Shown: positions 51,226 to 64,000 of the stretch, piece by piece | How positions within the stretch are numbered: position 1 is the stretch's first letter | Layout of the letters: each line of letters opens with the position of its first letter | Source of the DNA: Octopus bimaculoides | Lineage: Eukaryota | Direction: 5' to 3' | NCBI RefSeq assembly: GCF_001194135.2 | Contig: NC_068990.1 | Location: 4,276,502 to 4,340,501 of the forward strand | DNA: 64,000 nt | Program-made: the position numbers and the translations under genes | Notes under the pieces: model-generated | Seen by the model: the letters and a program-made list of their open reading frames with translations, nothing else | What the model was told of the DNA's origin: nothing | Database searches by the model: none

Positions 51226-51460
51226 TTTTTTTCTTTTACTGGTTTCAGTCATTGAGCTGTAACTATGCTGGGACATCTCCATTAATAATATTGTCAATTA
51301 AATGGAACTGGTGTAAAATTCATCAATTAGTACTTATTGTATCATTGGAAGGATGATAAGCAAAGTGTATCTCAACAGGATTTGAACTCAGAAAACAAAT
51401 GGATGTAGACAAATAACACAAAGTATGTCATTTGACATTACCAATACTGCCAACCACCCA
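51226..51460 (-). mobile_element. SINE with family C-like head and family B-like tail
   Basis: Reverse complement ...ttctgagttcaaatcctgttgagatacactttgcttatcatccttcc...aataagtactaa... ends in gactgaaaccagtaaaagaaa. Confidence 0.6.
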
Positions 51461-53099
51461 TTATATTCTTATTTTTCATGGTAAAGGAAGTGAAATCAGA
51501 TGGAAACAAACTAATTCTTGGAAATATTTTTCTTGGAAATATTTTTCTTGCAAATTACTTGGCTCTCCAGTTAAATATTGTATTTATTTGTAAGTTTGAA
51601 AAACCCAATAGCACAACTGATAAATAAAATCTTTTCTGACTAGATATACTTTTGAACAACTGCCAAGTATTTTTCTTTAAATTAATTTCATTCGTCATAA
51701 TTGCTTTGTAGAGTAAAATTACTTTTAGAAAAGTAATTCTTAAAACTTGCCTTATTATCTTGAATATGTTTTAAAAATGTATGTCCTGCCATCATTATTA
51801 GCTAGAGAGTTGTTCATCATGTTATTTAAACTATTTAGCCAAACTTGTAAAAATATATAAATAAATGTGCTACTGTCTTTTACAGTGTAATAATAATTAG
51901 TGTATTACTAGCTAAGACTGGTGAACAGCTCGATTTTATCTGTGTTTTATCAGGTAAAAGAACCTTCCCTCTCCTATCAATATACTCACTCATCTATCAT
52001 AGATTGTTTTCCTAATAAAAATATGACACTGTAGGGTAGCAAATTATTCATCTGTTCCAGCGTGAGGTTTCTCCTTGTGAAGCCTACTTAAAGCTAAATG
52101 GAACCAGCTGCTAAAAATTAACTGTTTTGGTCAAATATAAAACAGCTGTGTCATCCTATTGTAATATCATAAGTAATATTTAAAATTTATCATACTATAT
52201 TTATTTACAATAATCAAAAGTTGCTACATATACACAAAAGAAAATTGGCTATAGCCACATTACTTTTAATATCAAATTGCCCCAGAACACTTTTCATTTT
52301 AAACTTATATTGTAATTAGCCTACCTGCCAATTTCAGCTTAATGAAAGTGTTATTTCTTCACTAAATCACTCCAAATTTTTAATTCTTTTCAAAATTAAT
52401 CATACCGTATAAGCTATGCATTTCATTAAAAATATAGCTGGAATGATTGTTTTTAAAATTTCAAGAAAAATAAACTTCAAGGAATGATTTCAGAAATTTG
52501 AATTAAAAATATCTCTCACCTACCTATCCAATGAAATTTCTTTAACAAAAATAATGTGAAATAACTTTATACAAATATAATTTGTGGAAAAAAATATTAG
52601 AACATTTCAACTATTGTTCAAGTGGTTTTGTTGAAAATGATTTTAAACTTCAAAAAGAGCCATTCAGTCAGTGTTATTCTTTAATTCTTGGAAAGTTGTC
52701 ATGATTTGCTTTGAGGTATTTCTGAAACATGTTTCAATTTTGTGTGTGAATTATTGTCCAAACAATAGAAGTGAGAATATGGGTAGTTAGTTTCAGTTCT
52801 ATAAAACAGGCGTAATTAAAGAAAAGAATATTGGCAATGACGTGCCAGTGTTTCTAATATGAGTAACTGTAACAGTAGCATATCATGTAGATTATCCTTG
52901 ATTAGGCTATGCACATTGCATTTCACTTCAGTAAATTCTCTAATCGTCATGTAGAATATTTCTCATTACACACACATATAATGCACACATACACATGATT
53001 TTGCTTATCCAGTTTGTACTCCTCCTCAATGTCATCATGATCATGATCATCATCATCATCATCACCATCATCATCAATGCCATTGTTACTGCTACATCC

Positions 53100-53240
53100 T
53101 ACTTGACAAACTGATAGAATCATTACAACCTCAAATGAAATACTTTGCAGTATTTATTTTGATTTCTTGCATTCTGAGTTCCATTCCCTCTGAGAGCAAC
53201 TTTGCCTTTCATCCTCCTGGGGTCAATAAATTAAGTAAGA
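53100..53240 (+). mobile_element. SINE family C fragment
   Basis: atagaatcattac...ttctgagttcc...caactttgcctttcatcctcctggggtcaataaattaagta. Confidence 0.65.
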
Positions 53241-54578
53241 CTGGCTTGAACTCTTTATATTCTGCGTTCAGTTGTTGCCCTGATCTACTTAGATTGTAGC
53301 TTTAATCTATTACCTGGTTTAAGAACATCACACATCCCAATCCACTCTGTTACAAACATTCAGATCAATTTGAAGACAACTTCCTCCTTCTCTTCCACCA
53401 GTCCCAAAGGTTTTGAAAAGGGGTCATGAGCATTGCCCTTCTCTTCTGACTAAGTGATAAAACTAAATTTTTTAGATGCTGAATCTTTTGCTGAACTAAC
53501 AGAGAACCAACCTTTATTCTAGACTGATCATTATACATCATCAGATGATCAATTTATTTTAACTTTTTTCACTTACACCTTATATAACTTGCCCTATCAG
53601 AGGTAAATGACACTGAATTTTGATGTACTTCTTACACAGGTCATTATAATTTCAAGTGAATTCATATTGACAAATATTCTTGTCTGTATGGTGCTTCTAG
53701 AGTTCTAATTTCTTGCTAGTTTGTAACAGATTACATTTCATATTTTATATAAATGCTACTTACACAAAATATGTGGTGGTAACATTTGCATACGGTTCTA
53801 CACTGTGGGGCTGAACCCAAAATACATACATATATATGTGTGTGTATGCATATTATAGTTCCTGTTTGCCAAAGTAATACCAATAACCAGGTGACAAATA
53901 TTCTTAGACATGTAATGCACAGTATTATCAAATTCTGGTGGCAAAGTGATATGAATTTCACTGACACATACACATTATAATATATTTACTTCATAAATAT
54001 ATTATGCATTAAATGTATCATATAATCATATGTAAAATATATACAGTGCATATATAAATGCACGCTTAACCATGTAACTCATATTCTTTAACGATCTTCT
54101 GTCAAGTATGAACTGATCGATAAAGAAAGTTTTTAACTTGTCTGTAAGTCATGTAGTTACTACACCACCCATAAATGAAGAGTTATAACCAAACAGTGTG
54201 TAATGATAGCATGCAAATGTTTATTATCTGTACTTTAAATATGTTATTACCCTGTTTAAAAATACATATATTCATAACAATTTTATTTCATGACCACTGC
54301 TGATATCACACACACACACACACACACACACGCACATAAAATGGCAGTCATTATATCCTGTTTAACATGGATGTATTATTAGGACATAGCATTACTTTGG
54401 TATTTGACTTGAGAGATTCTCCCATAGACAATTGGTTGCAGACAAGAATCGTCTAGTATGGGAGGCAGAACAGCAAGATCATGTAAGTTTAGCGTATCTG
54501 CACTTCATCAGTGGCAGGCATCCACTCACCAAATGCCAGCTAAATCTCACTGCTAATGATATATAGAAAAATAGTGAC

Positions 54579-54719
<141 letters not shown>

Positions 54720-55252
54720 AATGAAACTGTATGTCTGTATACATGTATAGCCCTGAAAGGCTCCAAACGAGTGCATATATATATTCATTATTAAAAGAGT
54801 GCATAGTTTTGATTTTCAAAATCTATGACAGCAATGGAAAAGAAAGATCTCTCTATATATTTGTATATCTCTTTTGTTTATGCTTTTCTCATTGTAAACT
54901 TTCACTCTCTCTCCCTCTCTGTATATATACTCATCACATTCTCTCTCACTCTCTGTATATAAATATCACTCATGTTGCATGTGTGCCTGTCAGTGTGCAT
55001 GTATGTAAGGAATTTCATTAAGATGACAGAGTCGAAAGACCCTCATAAAGCATCAGCAACAAGCAAAAACAAAAACCTAGTTTATTGATACATTGCCCCA
55101 AATAATGCAAAAATCTGTCCTTATCAAGAGGCTTATCTATTGGGGAAGATATGGTCTGACATGGAACAAAAAATTGGACATAAAGGCATTTTAATGTGAA
55201 AATTGTCCAGCAACTATGGGATACATGGGAAGTGTGTGTGTGTGTGTGTGTG

Positions 55253-55625
55253 TATCTTCTTTTACATACTCCAGTCATTGGACTGCGACCATGCTGGGGC
55301 ACTGCCTTGCAAGCTTTAGTTGAACAAATTGACTCTGGTATTTTTCTTTTTAAAACTGATACTTATTCTACCAGTTGCTTTTGCCAAACTGCTAAGTTAT
55401 AGGGAGATAAACAAACCAAATGGTAGGGGAAAGATAACACAAAAACGCACTCATGCACACACTACACATATACAACATGCTTCCACACACTTTCTAGTTA
55501 CCAAATCCACTCACAAGGCATTGGTTGGCCCAGGGCTACAGTAGAAGACACTTGCCCAAGGTGCCACGCAGTGGGCCTGAACCTGAAACCATGTAGTTAC
55601 AAAGCAAGTTTTTTAACTACTTAGG
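55253..55625 (-). mobile_element. SINE family B, full length
   Basis: Tail ccagtcattggactgcgaccatgctggggcac; head gacacttgcccaaggtgccacgcagtgggcctgaacctgaaacc (reverse complement of the CORE-like head). Confidence 0.85.
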
Positions 55626-55734
55626 CCTCTCTGTGTGTATACATATACATACATACACATGTTTATGCTTATATATATGTACATACATACACATGTGTAT
55701 ATGCTTATATTTATATATACATATATTCATTCAT

Positions 55735-55775
<41 letters not shown>

Positions 55776-56619
55776 NNNNNNNNNNNNNNNNNNNNNNNNN
55801 NNNNNNNNNNNNNNNNNNNNNNNNNNNNNNNNNNNNNNNNNNNNNNNNNNNNNNNNNNNNNNNNNNNTATATACATACACACACACACACATATGCTACA
55901 CTCTATGAAACTTTCTGCCAGTGTCTATTGAGTTTTTTAGTGTTTTACCCACAAAAAAGGAAAAGTGTCTAACTACACTACTCTATACATCATTGCCATC
56001 AGCACCACAGCTACCTCTATCACCATAAATTCACATCAATTTTTCTGTGCTGACATAAGTTATATATATGTGGCATAAAGAACTTGGTTCAATGTAGCTT
56101 TATATATGTATAAATATACTTGTTTGTATCAAATTCTCAGACTTGTCTACTTTGTCTAGAATTTAAACATTTATTCTTTTTATGAACCACAAATGTAAAG
56201 TTTTTTATATTTTCTTTCAATGTCCATTTTTGAAAAGTACTCTTTGAAATCTTGATGTAATATTCATCATAAGTTAGTAAATGTTTTTACACACACACAT
56301 GCATGCACACACACACACACACACACAAACACACACACGCACGCACACAACATTCACTTAAACGCATTCACACATATATGAATATCTAATGTTCACATGC
56401 ACACAAACATAAATGTAAGCGCACATGCATATATCAAACTTGTATATATGTCCCTGTCAATAATGGCCCAATAATATTTTCATTTTTATTTTTCTGAATA
56501 TGGTTCTTTAATTCATTTAATCTATAACTAACATCAAAATGAAATTATGACTATGACATACCATAAAAACATAAGAAGCTTATGTTTTTCTTCTCTTATC
56601 AGTCCATTACTTGATATGT

Positions 56620-56835
56620 TAGCTGCTCTTTCCATTCAGCCATTCATGTGGTACAGTGTGTTGATTCAATGGCAGCTTGGATGACAGCCAACTAGGTGAT
56701 GTATAACTGGATAACTAACTTGGCTATCTAACATCCTTAAGTGACTGGGTTGCATAAGTTTAGTCAGAAAGAAGTATTGCTGATGTTGCTTAGCTCCAGA
56801 TCAACCCCGATTTAGCAAATCCTTCCAGCTGCGAT
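56620..56835 (+). mobile_element. Repeat family D fragment
   Basis: The end motif agctccagatcaacccc...ttccagctg resembles 7395-7460, 10928-10985 and (reverse) 38645-38700, which share tatgatcaaagg..ttccagc..tgacc. Confidence 0.4.
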
Positions 56836-57399
56836 TATTTTTGTTTTCAATCTGAGGGTCTACATGTGCCAGCTGTCCCCACTTTTTTGATATCCTCTCA
56901 TCTCTCAATCACCCCCCCCCCCCTATTTTATTCACTGCATTATGCTTCTTGTATAATTAAAGATACCAGTGAATCTTTCCTATTCACTGTATCATATTGT
57001 TCATGTTGGGTTGTCATTGGACATTTCTCTGTCTGTCTGTCTCTCTACTAAGCTGCCTGTGTAACGAGGGATGGCACTGGGGCTACTTGAACTTAATCTC
57101 TCCTCCGTCATCATTACGTACTCATAACACCTGACCATTGCTTTTTCTGTTCGAACAGTCAACATTTCCTCTCCCTCCTGCTCTTTCACCCCTCACTCCA
57201 CTCACTCTGTTTCTGTTATCATACTCCTATTCTATTCATCCACACATCCTCTGTCTTGTACTCAGACTCTTAAGTTTTCATCTGCTTCTAATAATTCAGC
57301 AGCTGCACAGCGACACTATGAGATGACATGGCTGTAAACAATAATCTGGACAGCTGAATTTATTGTCTCTTATTTTCAGTGTTATTAGTATCTTTCTTG

Positions 57400-57950
57400 C
57401 TCGACATCTGAATGGTGAAATCATTTTAGTACTAACATTATTAAAAGAGGTGTCACTAATTATTACAATTTCCAGGTGATTATTTACTATGATTTTCAGA
57501 AGTTAAACAGATTCTGATTTTGATATTACAAATTCTGCTGCCATTGTGTATTGAGGTTACAATGTGTTGACAGGAAAATGATTGAAGCTTTCCAACATTG
57601 AGTTGCATCTTGTTTGCATCAGCTAACTTGTATGTATTGTAATAAATTCCTTCTGCAAATTCTTGAAATCATTGATAATATTAATTGCCTATGCTATTCC
57701 GGTATCATGATCATGGTTATTGAAAGTACCTGTTTTAATAATTGAGGATATGTCTGAAAGAACTATTATCAACATTAATAACATTTCTTTTGAGATGATG
57801 ACTTGGAATAGCTGACATTGTTTTAAAATGGCATCATTAGCTGCATCAACTTGACTATTGTGGTTTCAAAAGTAATACTAGTGCTCCATGATTCTATGTT
57901 GTCATGAAAGTGACCATGCTCAATATGCAAGGCAGAAATTGGTAGGAATC
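57400..57950 (-). pseudogene. Possible hAT (Ac/ZBED1-like) transposase remnant
   Basis: Minus-strand pieces in the expected order: HFHDNI, QVDAAND (TDNAAN-like), LLMLIIVLSDISSIIK, LMQTRCNSMLESF (TRWNS..ML-like). Heavily decayed. Confidence 0.4.
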
Positions 57951-58199
57951 CCATAAAGTGTTTATAGATTATTAACACATTAAAATTTAAATGGCATAGC
58001 AAACAGGATGACAGGGAACATAGACTTTTATAAGTGGAAGATGTATAGGAATAGTGAGCAGTAGGAGTACATGTGAAATAAGTTTCTTCAGATGTTTGGA
58101 AGGCTTCCTGGAAGTAGCTGAAAGCATTTTTTTTTTTGTTTTTTAGGACACTTAGTTAGAGAGGAGGTGTGTGTTCTGAAATCATATTTTCTAGAAAAA

Positions 58200-58660
58200 G
58201 TCAGTGAGCAGTAAAGGGTTTCTCCCTCAGAGAGAAGAGCAAATTTCTGTATAATGTGCAATGTTGCATGGCAGTAAGTTGTGGGCATTGAATGCAGAGA
58301 ATTCCAGAAAGAAATGAAGTGAGTATACACTGCTGGATTGAATATCTAATGTTAATGTGCATGAATGATGGAACACAAATGTGTTGGAAGAAAAACTGGA
58401 TTAAAGGTGACTTGGGTGTAATATGTGAGAGAAGACAACCATGGTTCAAACAAGCGATTTATATGGAGGACAACAGTAGTGTAAAGAAGTACCTATTCTT
58501 AAAAGTACATAAAATCTGTTGCAAAGGGAGACTAAAGAAGGCATGGGGTGAAGTGGTGAAAATCGATCTCAAGAAGCTGATCCTCCTGAAGAGATGACAA
58601 ACTACCATAAAATGTGGTTAAACATAATGCTGTAGAACACATTTCAAACCCAAACAAACA
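58200..58660 (+). mobile_element. RTE LINE ORF C-terminus remnant
   Basis: LHGSKLWALNAE and KGRLKKAWGEVVKIDLKKL resemble the RTE C-terminal LYGSE.W and GRGRP.KTW.EVV..DL motifs. A degenerate family A-like tail follows. Confidence 0.7.
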
Positions 58661-59410
58661 TAGAAAGGTGTACAGAGTGTTGAAGGTAAGTTAGAGGAAT
58701 GATATTTATGCTTAGGGATCTCCTCCCCAAAATTGTTTATATTAACTCGCCATCTACTGCTCTCTCTCTCTCTTCTCTTCATTACTCTCTTATTTATCAC
58801 TCAACTTCTTTCCTATCAATAGACTCCTCTACTATCACTCATTCTCTTTCCAATCAAACTACCTGTGTATTGCATTAGTTATATCCATATTAAATCCTCC
58901 TCTTCCTGTCACCTTTCTTTATCACCAGACATCATTCACTCCCTTATCATTCATAACTGGCATTCATCACTTTCATTACTTCTATCACTAATCATTGTTC
59001 TCCATCACTCTCTTTTATTTCTGATATTCCTTCTTCTTTCACACGGTTTCTTTTCCCCTCTCTCTTCAACCCTCATGCAGTTTCTATCGAATCTCCCTGC
59101 CAATGATTTTCATGTAGCTGTCTTAGTCTGTCTGTTTGTCTCAACTCCCTCCTATTATTCATTGCTCTATCTCCTTCCTATCACTCCAGTTTTCCTCACC
59201 ATCCCCTTACTCTGATTCTTTTTCATCATTTTCTTTTTTATTACCCTCTCAGTTATGTTGCTTCAGTCCAATTTCTGTACCAACAATTGATATGTAACTG
59301 TCTAGCATTCCTTACTCTCTCTTCTATTTCTCTCTCTTATATCACTCCTAAACTCCTATCACACTGCTTCTCATTTTAATATTCTACCATCCTCATTTCT
59401 TTCCTTCACT

Positions 59411-59633
59411 ATTGGGTGGAAAGCCTCAGTGAGATGATGATAGAGTATTGGTTTCAAATTTTGACACAAGGCCAGCAATTTTAGAGGGAGTGGGTATATT
59501 GATTACATTGACCCTAGCGTTTAAGAAATAAGTGGATGGGGGTCGATGTAACCCCTGCTCTTAAAATTGCTGGCTTGTACCAAAATTTAAAACCAATATT
59601 CTATCATTCTCTCACTCAGGCTTCCCACCCAAT
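59411..59633. repeat. Fold-back inverted duplication of a SINE C 3' end plus flank
   Basis: attgggtggaaagcctcagtgag..gatagagtattggtttcaaattttgacacaaggccagcaattttagag (59411-59486) pairs with 59559-59633. The inner gattacattgaccc / ggggtcgatgtaac also pair. Confidence 0.85.
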
Positions 59634-62131
59634 TATGGTGGAAATGAGTGAATGAATGGAGACGCCACAGGAAAGAGAGGACATCATTCTAGTGCTGTAA
59701 ATGAATGAATGGAGACAGCAAAGAAAAGAAATGACTCTTTAGGTTTGCTAGAAACAAGGTGGTGTCACTAGTACTAATATCATGATAAAACATACCCAGT
59801 ATCTTATTCAAAGTGATTGACTGAAAAGGTATCCAGCCATAGAAGGCATACAAAAATGGAATGCATGAATGAGATGTGGCTTGTGATTTACACTCCAAAT
59901 AGAAATTGATTTCAATCCTGAAAACTCATCAATCTCAGACCAGCATAAAAAAAACATAAAAATGATGTTGATATGATGTATATATAGATATATAAACATG
60001 CATATACTTATGCAAACATATATATATAGATATATATACACATATATAATCTATCTATTTATCTGTGTGTTTGTCTGTCCTATCAGCCTGTGTCCATCCA
60101 TCCGTCCATTGTCTATCTGTCTGTTTGTCTCTCTGTTTCTCTCTACATATGTGTGAGTGTGTACACACACACACACACCCATGTGCATACACATACAGAC
60201 ACACAAACAAAGCGAATTAACATGCATACCTCACTATTCACATTAAGGAATGTGAGTGTGAAAAAGAAGAATAAACTATGTTCCTGCTAATACTGGTGTT
60301 GATGACAGCAGTTGACAATCTGATATAATCATTCCCCAATTCCTCTGGAAATGTTCTTTGTTTAGTGTAATTAGTTGTCAGTCAGACATAAATATCGTCT
60401 AAATATGAACATAAACTATCAAATGTTTAGAATGTTAGAATAAATGCACTAATGAAGTAGTTTACACACTTTTAAAATATCTCGAAAGGCATCTCTATTC
60501 AACTGGTGCATGAATGGATGTTGCTGTGAATAACAAATGGCCACAACCCAAAGAAGATTTAAGACTTATTGAACCTTTCAAATGCATTTTTAGATATGGT
60601 GATTGTCTCAAGTTTTCCTCTTCTGCAGCTTGGTTAGCTGAATTAGTTATGTACACCACCTCCTACCCACCCTTCCATGCATCACATAAAGAAAAAAAAC
60701 CATAATTTTTTTTATAGATTTCACTTTAGTATTTGATTATAGCTTTCATTTTGCAAAGAATACATTTAAATGTTTTGGGAAATGTTACAAATTTTTAAAG
60801 GCAACCCATTTCATTTTTATAATTTTGTACTATATAATTATCATAATTTTCAATTTTGGTATCTTTTTCTTCTTGTGTAATTTATGTAAAAGTGGATATA
60901 AAAGCAATACAGAAACATAATGAATAAGTTGATTGGAAATTATTGGAAAATTAACACTAACAAATACTTTTAATAAATATGACCTAGTTATAGAATTTTT
61001 GTATTGGTAATTATCTGCAAACCATTCCTAACATTAAGCAATTAGGAGAACTTTAAAAGGTGAAATTATAGGTTTCAGTATTTCTTTCAATGTTACATTG
61101 TTTTTAAGAGTTGTTTACAAACCCTCATCTCAAATTCGCCTGCAGTTTTAAAAATAGCCTTAAAAAAGCAGTAAACAAAAGAAAAAGGAAGAAGATAAGG
61201 TAAAATTTATATCCTGTGTCAATTCTTCCTTAAATTCTGAAAAGATTTTTTTTTATTTGAATGTTACAGCTGTTTTAATTACATCTCAACAACATTGACT
61301 ACAATAAAAGCAAGCTGAACAAAATAAGATGGGAAGAAACAGCTAAATTACTTTCTCAAACTGCTAATAACAGCAATAACAGCAAAAACTAAAGCTTCCC
61401 TCGTTTATTTTATTGAATGTGAAACCAAATATAACCTTTCTTCAGTTAGTCTGAACATATTTAATGCAGTGTGAATTAAAAAGCTAATTGGAAATAATTA
61501 TGTGGCAAGTATCAAACAATATAAGTCAATGACAAATATTTTAATTATTTCAGCAAATACAGGAGACAACTCTGGAATATTTCAGCTTTATTATAACCTC
61601 AAAGGTAAAGCATAAAGTTCATTGTACTTGCTGAAGTAGTAATGTGAGAATTACTAAATAAATATACAAGACTACGTACTGGCTGGTGTAGAAAAATAAC
61701 ATTTTTAGTGGATACATACCAAGCCTAGTATACCAGACCAAAAGACATAAGGACAAACTGGTAGCAAAAACAGTTTCCTACCATGCATAGTTGATGTTAT
61801 TTTAAGTACATATCTTCTCATGAAGGACTGGATCATTATAATATTTACTATACTGGTATGGATAATTCAATTCTAACTTTATAAGATGTTTCTGCCTCTG
61901 TTACAGTATTATCAGTCCAGTATTATGAGACAGTGGTCTTTATCAGAGATGATTGGTAATATACACAAGAATTATGTCTCCTCACAAAAAGCGAGCAGGT
62001 TCTATATAAATTAGCAATTAGTAACAGAAGCAGCCTTTGTGACAAATATTGATCAACACATCAAACCTAACCCGGATGTGTTAGACTGCAGTGAATATTC
62101 TGAGAAATCATCTTGTGCAGACGACAAGTGC

Positions 62132-62290
62132 TGATATTTCACCAGTACTGGCAGCTGGTATTGTTGTATCACATGCTTTCATAGTATTTAGAATAATCAG
62201 TAACAGACAGCCAAACATCGAATCGTGATCTGAAATATGGTGAAATCACATGATACAACAGTGTCATCTGTTGGTGCTGATGAAATATCA
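62132..62290. mobile_element. Old fold-back / MITE-like inverted repeat
   Basis: tgatatttcaccagtac...tgttgtatcacatgctttca pairs imperfectly with tgaaatcacatgatacaaca...gctgatgaaatatca. Confidence 0.7.
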
Positions 62291-62919
62291 ATTGATATTA
62301 TCTGTGCTTTTTAGCATTTGTTGTCTACCTGTGATGATTTATCAGGACGTTTACTGCAGTCTAAGGCATTATAAACAATACATCCAAGTTAGGCTGGATG
62401 TGCTAACTTATATTCCCTTGTTTTAGTAATATTAATTCTCTTCTTCAGCATACATTTTAATGTCTGCTATTTAGTGATACTTTGTATGTGTTCAGTTCAT
62501 TGTTGTCTAAAATTTCCTTATAATATAACAACTTCTGAAATGAATTTTCCCAAAGTCCATCATCCTCCAGACACTTTTCTGAACAATATAGATTCCTAAC
62601 GTTTTAAACTAAGATTTAACTACCTGAGGGATTATTTATTTATCACCTTCATCAATGAATGAAATGTTAAAATGTGATAAATGAAATGGATTTGAATCAC
62701 AAAAAGAAAAAAAAATACTGATGAAATCAAATAAAAAATATATAAAAGGATCCATTGGAAAATTTGTCCTTATAAATATCTGTACACTTTGGCCCAACTT
62801 TGGCTCACCATTTACTAATACAAGCCATGTCTACTATTCCTCAAAAGTTTAATCTCTCATTCCAAATCTGTAAATCCATATCTGCTGTCTATATTACACA
62901 TCATATATCAAGTACTTTC

Positions 62920-63180
62920 CTAAATGCGGTGTAAGTGCTTATGTATACTCCATATTCCTCAACACAGCAATCTGATCTGGAGATCAGCAATAATAACTTT
63001 CATATATTATACTGAAGTCTTCTCTGTTCTTCTAAATCCATCTGCTGTCTCTTGCTCTATCCAAAGTTGTTCAACCATTATTAGATGTACCGTCACACCT
63101 ATTACAGTCCAAATTCTATGTGGTTCTGTTGCAGCTAGCTTTTCTATTGCTGTACTACAACACTTGGAGGAAATTCTTCA
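62920..63180 (-). pseudogene. Possible hAT transposase remnant (first catalytic region)
   Basis: LAATEPHRIWTVIGVTVHLI resembles ALTTD.WT...Y.GVT.HFI, followed after a frameshift by IADL..EEYGV. Confidence 0.35.
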
Positions 63181-63602
63181 CTGTCACCAGCCCAGAAGTA
63201 TTTAGTCTATATATATATCTATATCATTATAAATACGAGATTCTGTCAGTCCATCCTTCCATAATCCCTGTATCTCAGTCAGCTTTTGCTCTACATAGAC
63301 ATATTATACCTTTTTGGAATCAGGATGATCCCAGTATTGAAAATCTGTCCTTCATTTGGTTCCAAAACATCCAGCATTGGGATCAGGTGAGATTTGTTAT
63401 ATGTTAACAGTTGAAAATTCAAATTTTAAAAGAACTTCAAAAATTTGTAAACTTACAAGTTTTTCATTTAAACTGAATTTAAAGTAGTACCTAAACTTTG
63501 TGTGGATATAAAAAGTATTTTCAATTCAGTTCACTTAAAACTAGACCCAAGTTAGAGTGAGAGATTTTGAAAAACTTGAGTGAGAAATATTGAAGATCTC
63601 TA

Positions 63603-63688
63603 ACTTTTGGCCAAAATCAGACTTCTATCCAAATTGGACTTTTGACCAGATTGGACTTCCAGCCTGATTGGACTTTTGGCAGAGTCAG
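63603..63688 (+). repeat. 17-bp minisatellite, five units
   Basis: Units start at 63603, 63621, 63638, 63655 and 63672 (consensus about acttttgaccagattgg). Confidence 0.75.
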
Positions 63689-63704
63689 TTTATTCAGAGG
63701 TTTG

Positions 63705-64000
63705 GCTGCTGGAAGATTTGCAGCTCAGCTACTGGATCAGGGAAATGGAAGCATTCAGCAAGACAGTAATGGAGACATCACTCTTCCAAATGGCTGAGGC
63801 ATTTTGGTTAAAACTGTAGAAAAGTTGATTACCAAGGTTTACCTAAACATTGAACATAATTTTCAAGATCATGATTGGCTTTGTGAAAGAGCCATACTTG
63901 CACCAAAGAATGAAACTGTCCAGGTTGTTAATTGGAAACTTATGCAATCAATCCATACTGAAGAAAAAAATTGTTTCTCAGTTGATACTGTTGTGGACCC
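63705..64000 (+). pseudogene. Helitron PIF1-like helicase fragment (runs off the window)
   Basis: One frame reads AAGRFAAQLLDQGNG..GDITLPNG*GILVKTVEKLITKVYLNIEHNFQDHDWLCERAILAPKNETV..SVDTVVD, with a single TGA at 63795-63797. The LL.IGNG and WL.ERAILAPKN motifs are typical of Helitron helicases. Confidence 0.85.

Overview
AT-rich, microsatellite-dense eukaryotic DNA with six assembly gaps. The interspersed repeats match, from memory and not from a database search, the SINE, RTE-LINE and MITE families of Octopus, so this is most likely an octopus intergenic or large-intron region. I find no intact, recognisable host protein-coding gene. The ORF track is explained by microsatellites, N-runs and transposon debris. 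Supportable content: three RTE-clade LINE fragments and many copies of their 3' UTR; tRNA-derived SINEs of at least three families, including a young nested insertion with a 14-bp TSD; mariner, DD37D-like Tc1/mariner, hAT and Helitron coding remnants; and several MITEs and fold-back elements. The signals most worth follow-up are a GC-rich, multi-stem island at about 16.75-16.92 kb with hammerhead-ribozyme core motifs (Penelope-like), a 73-nt hairpin with perfect 27-bp arms at 44.83-44.91 kb, a fold-back duplication of a SINE end plus unique flank at 59.4-59.6 kb, (TTAGGG)n fused to a SINE end at 6.08 kb, and an RT-less internally deleted RTE at 11.3-12.4 kb. A chain of small minus-strand candidate exons is speculative. 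I do not claim a confirmed novel system.
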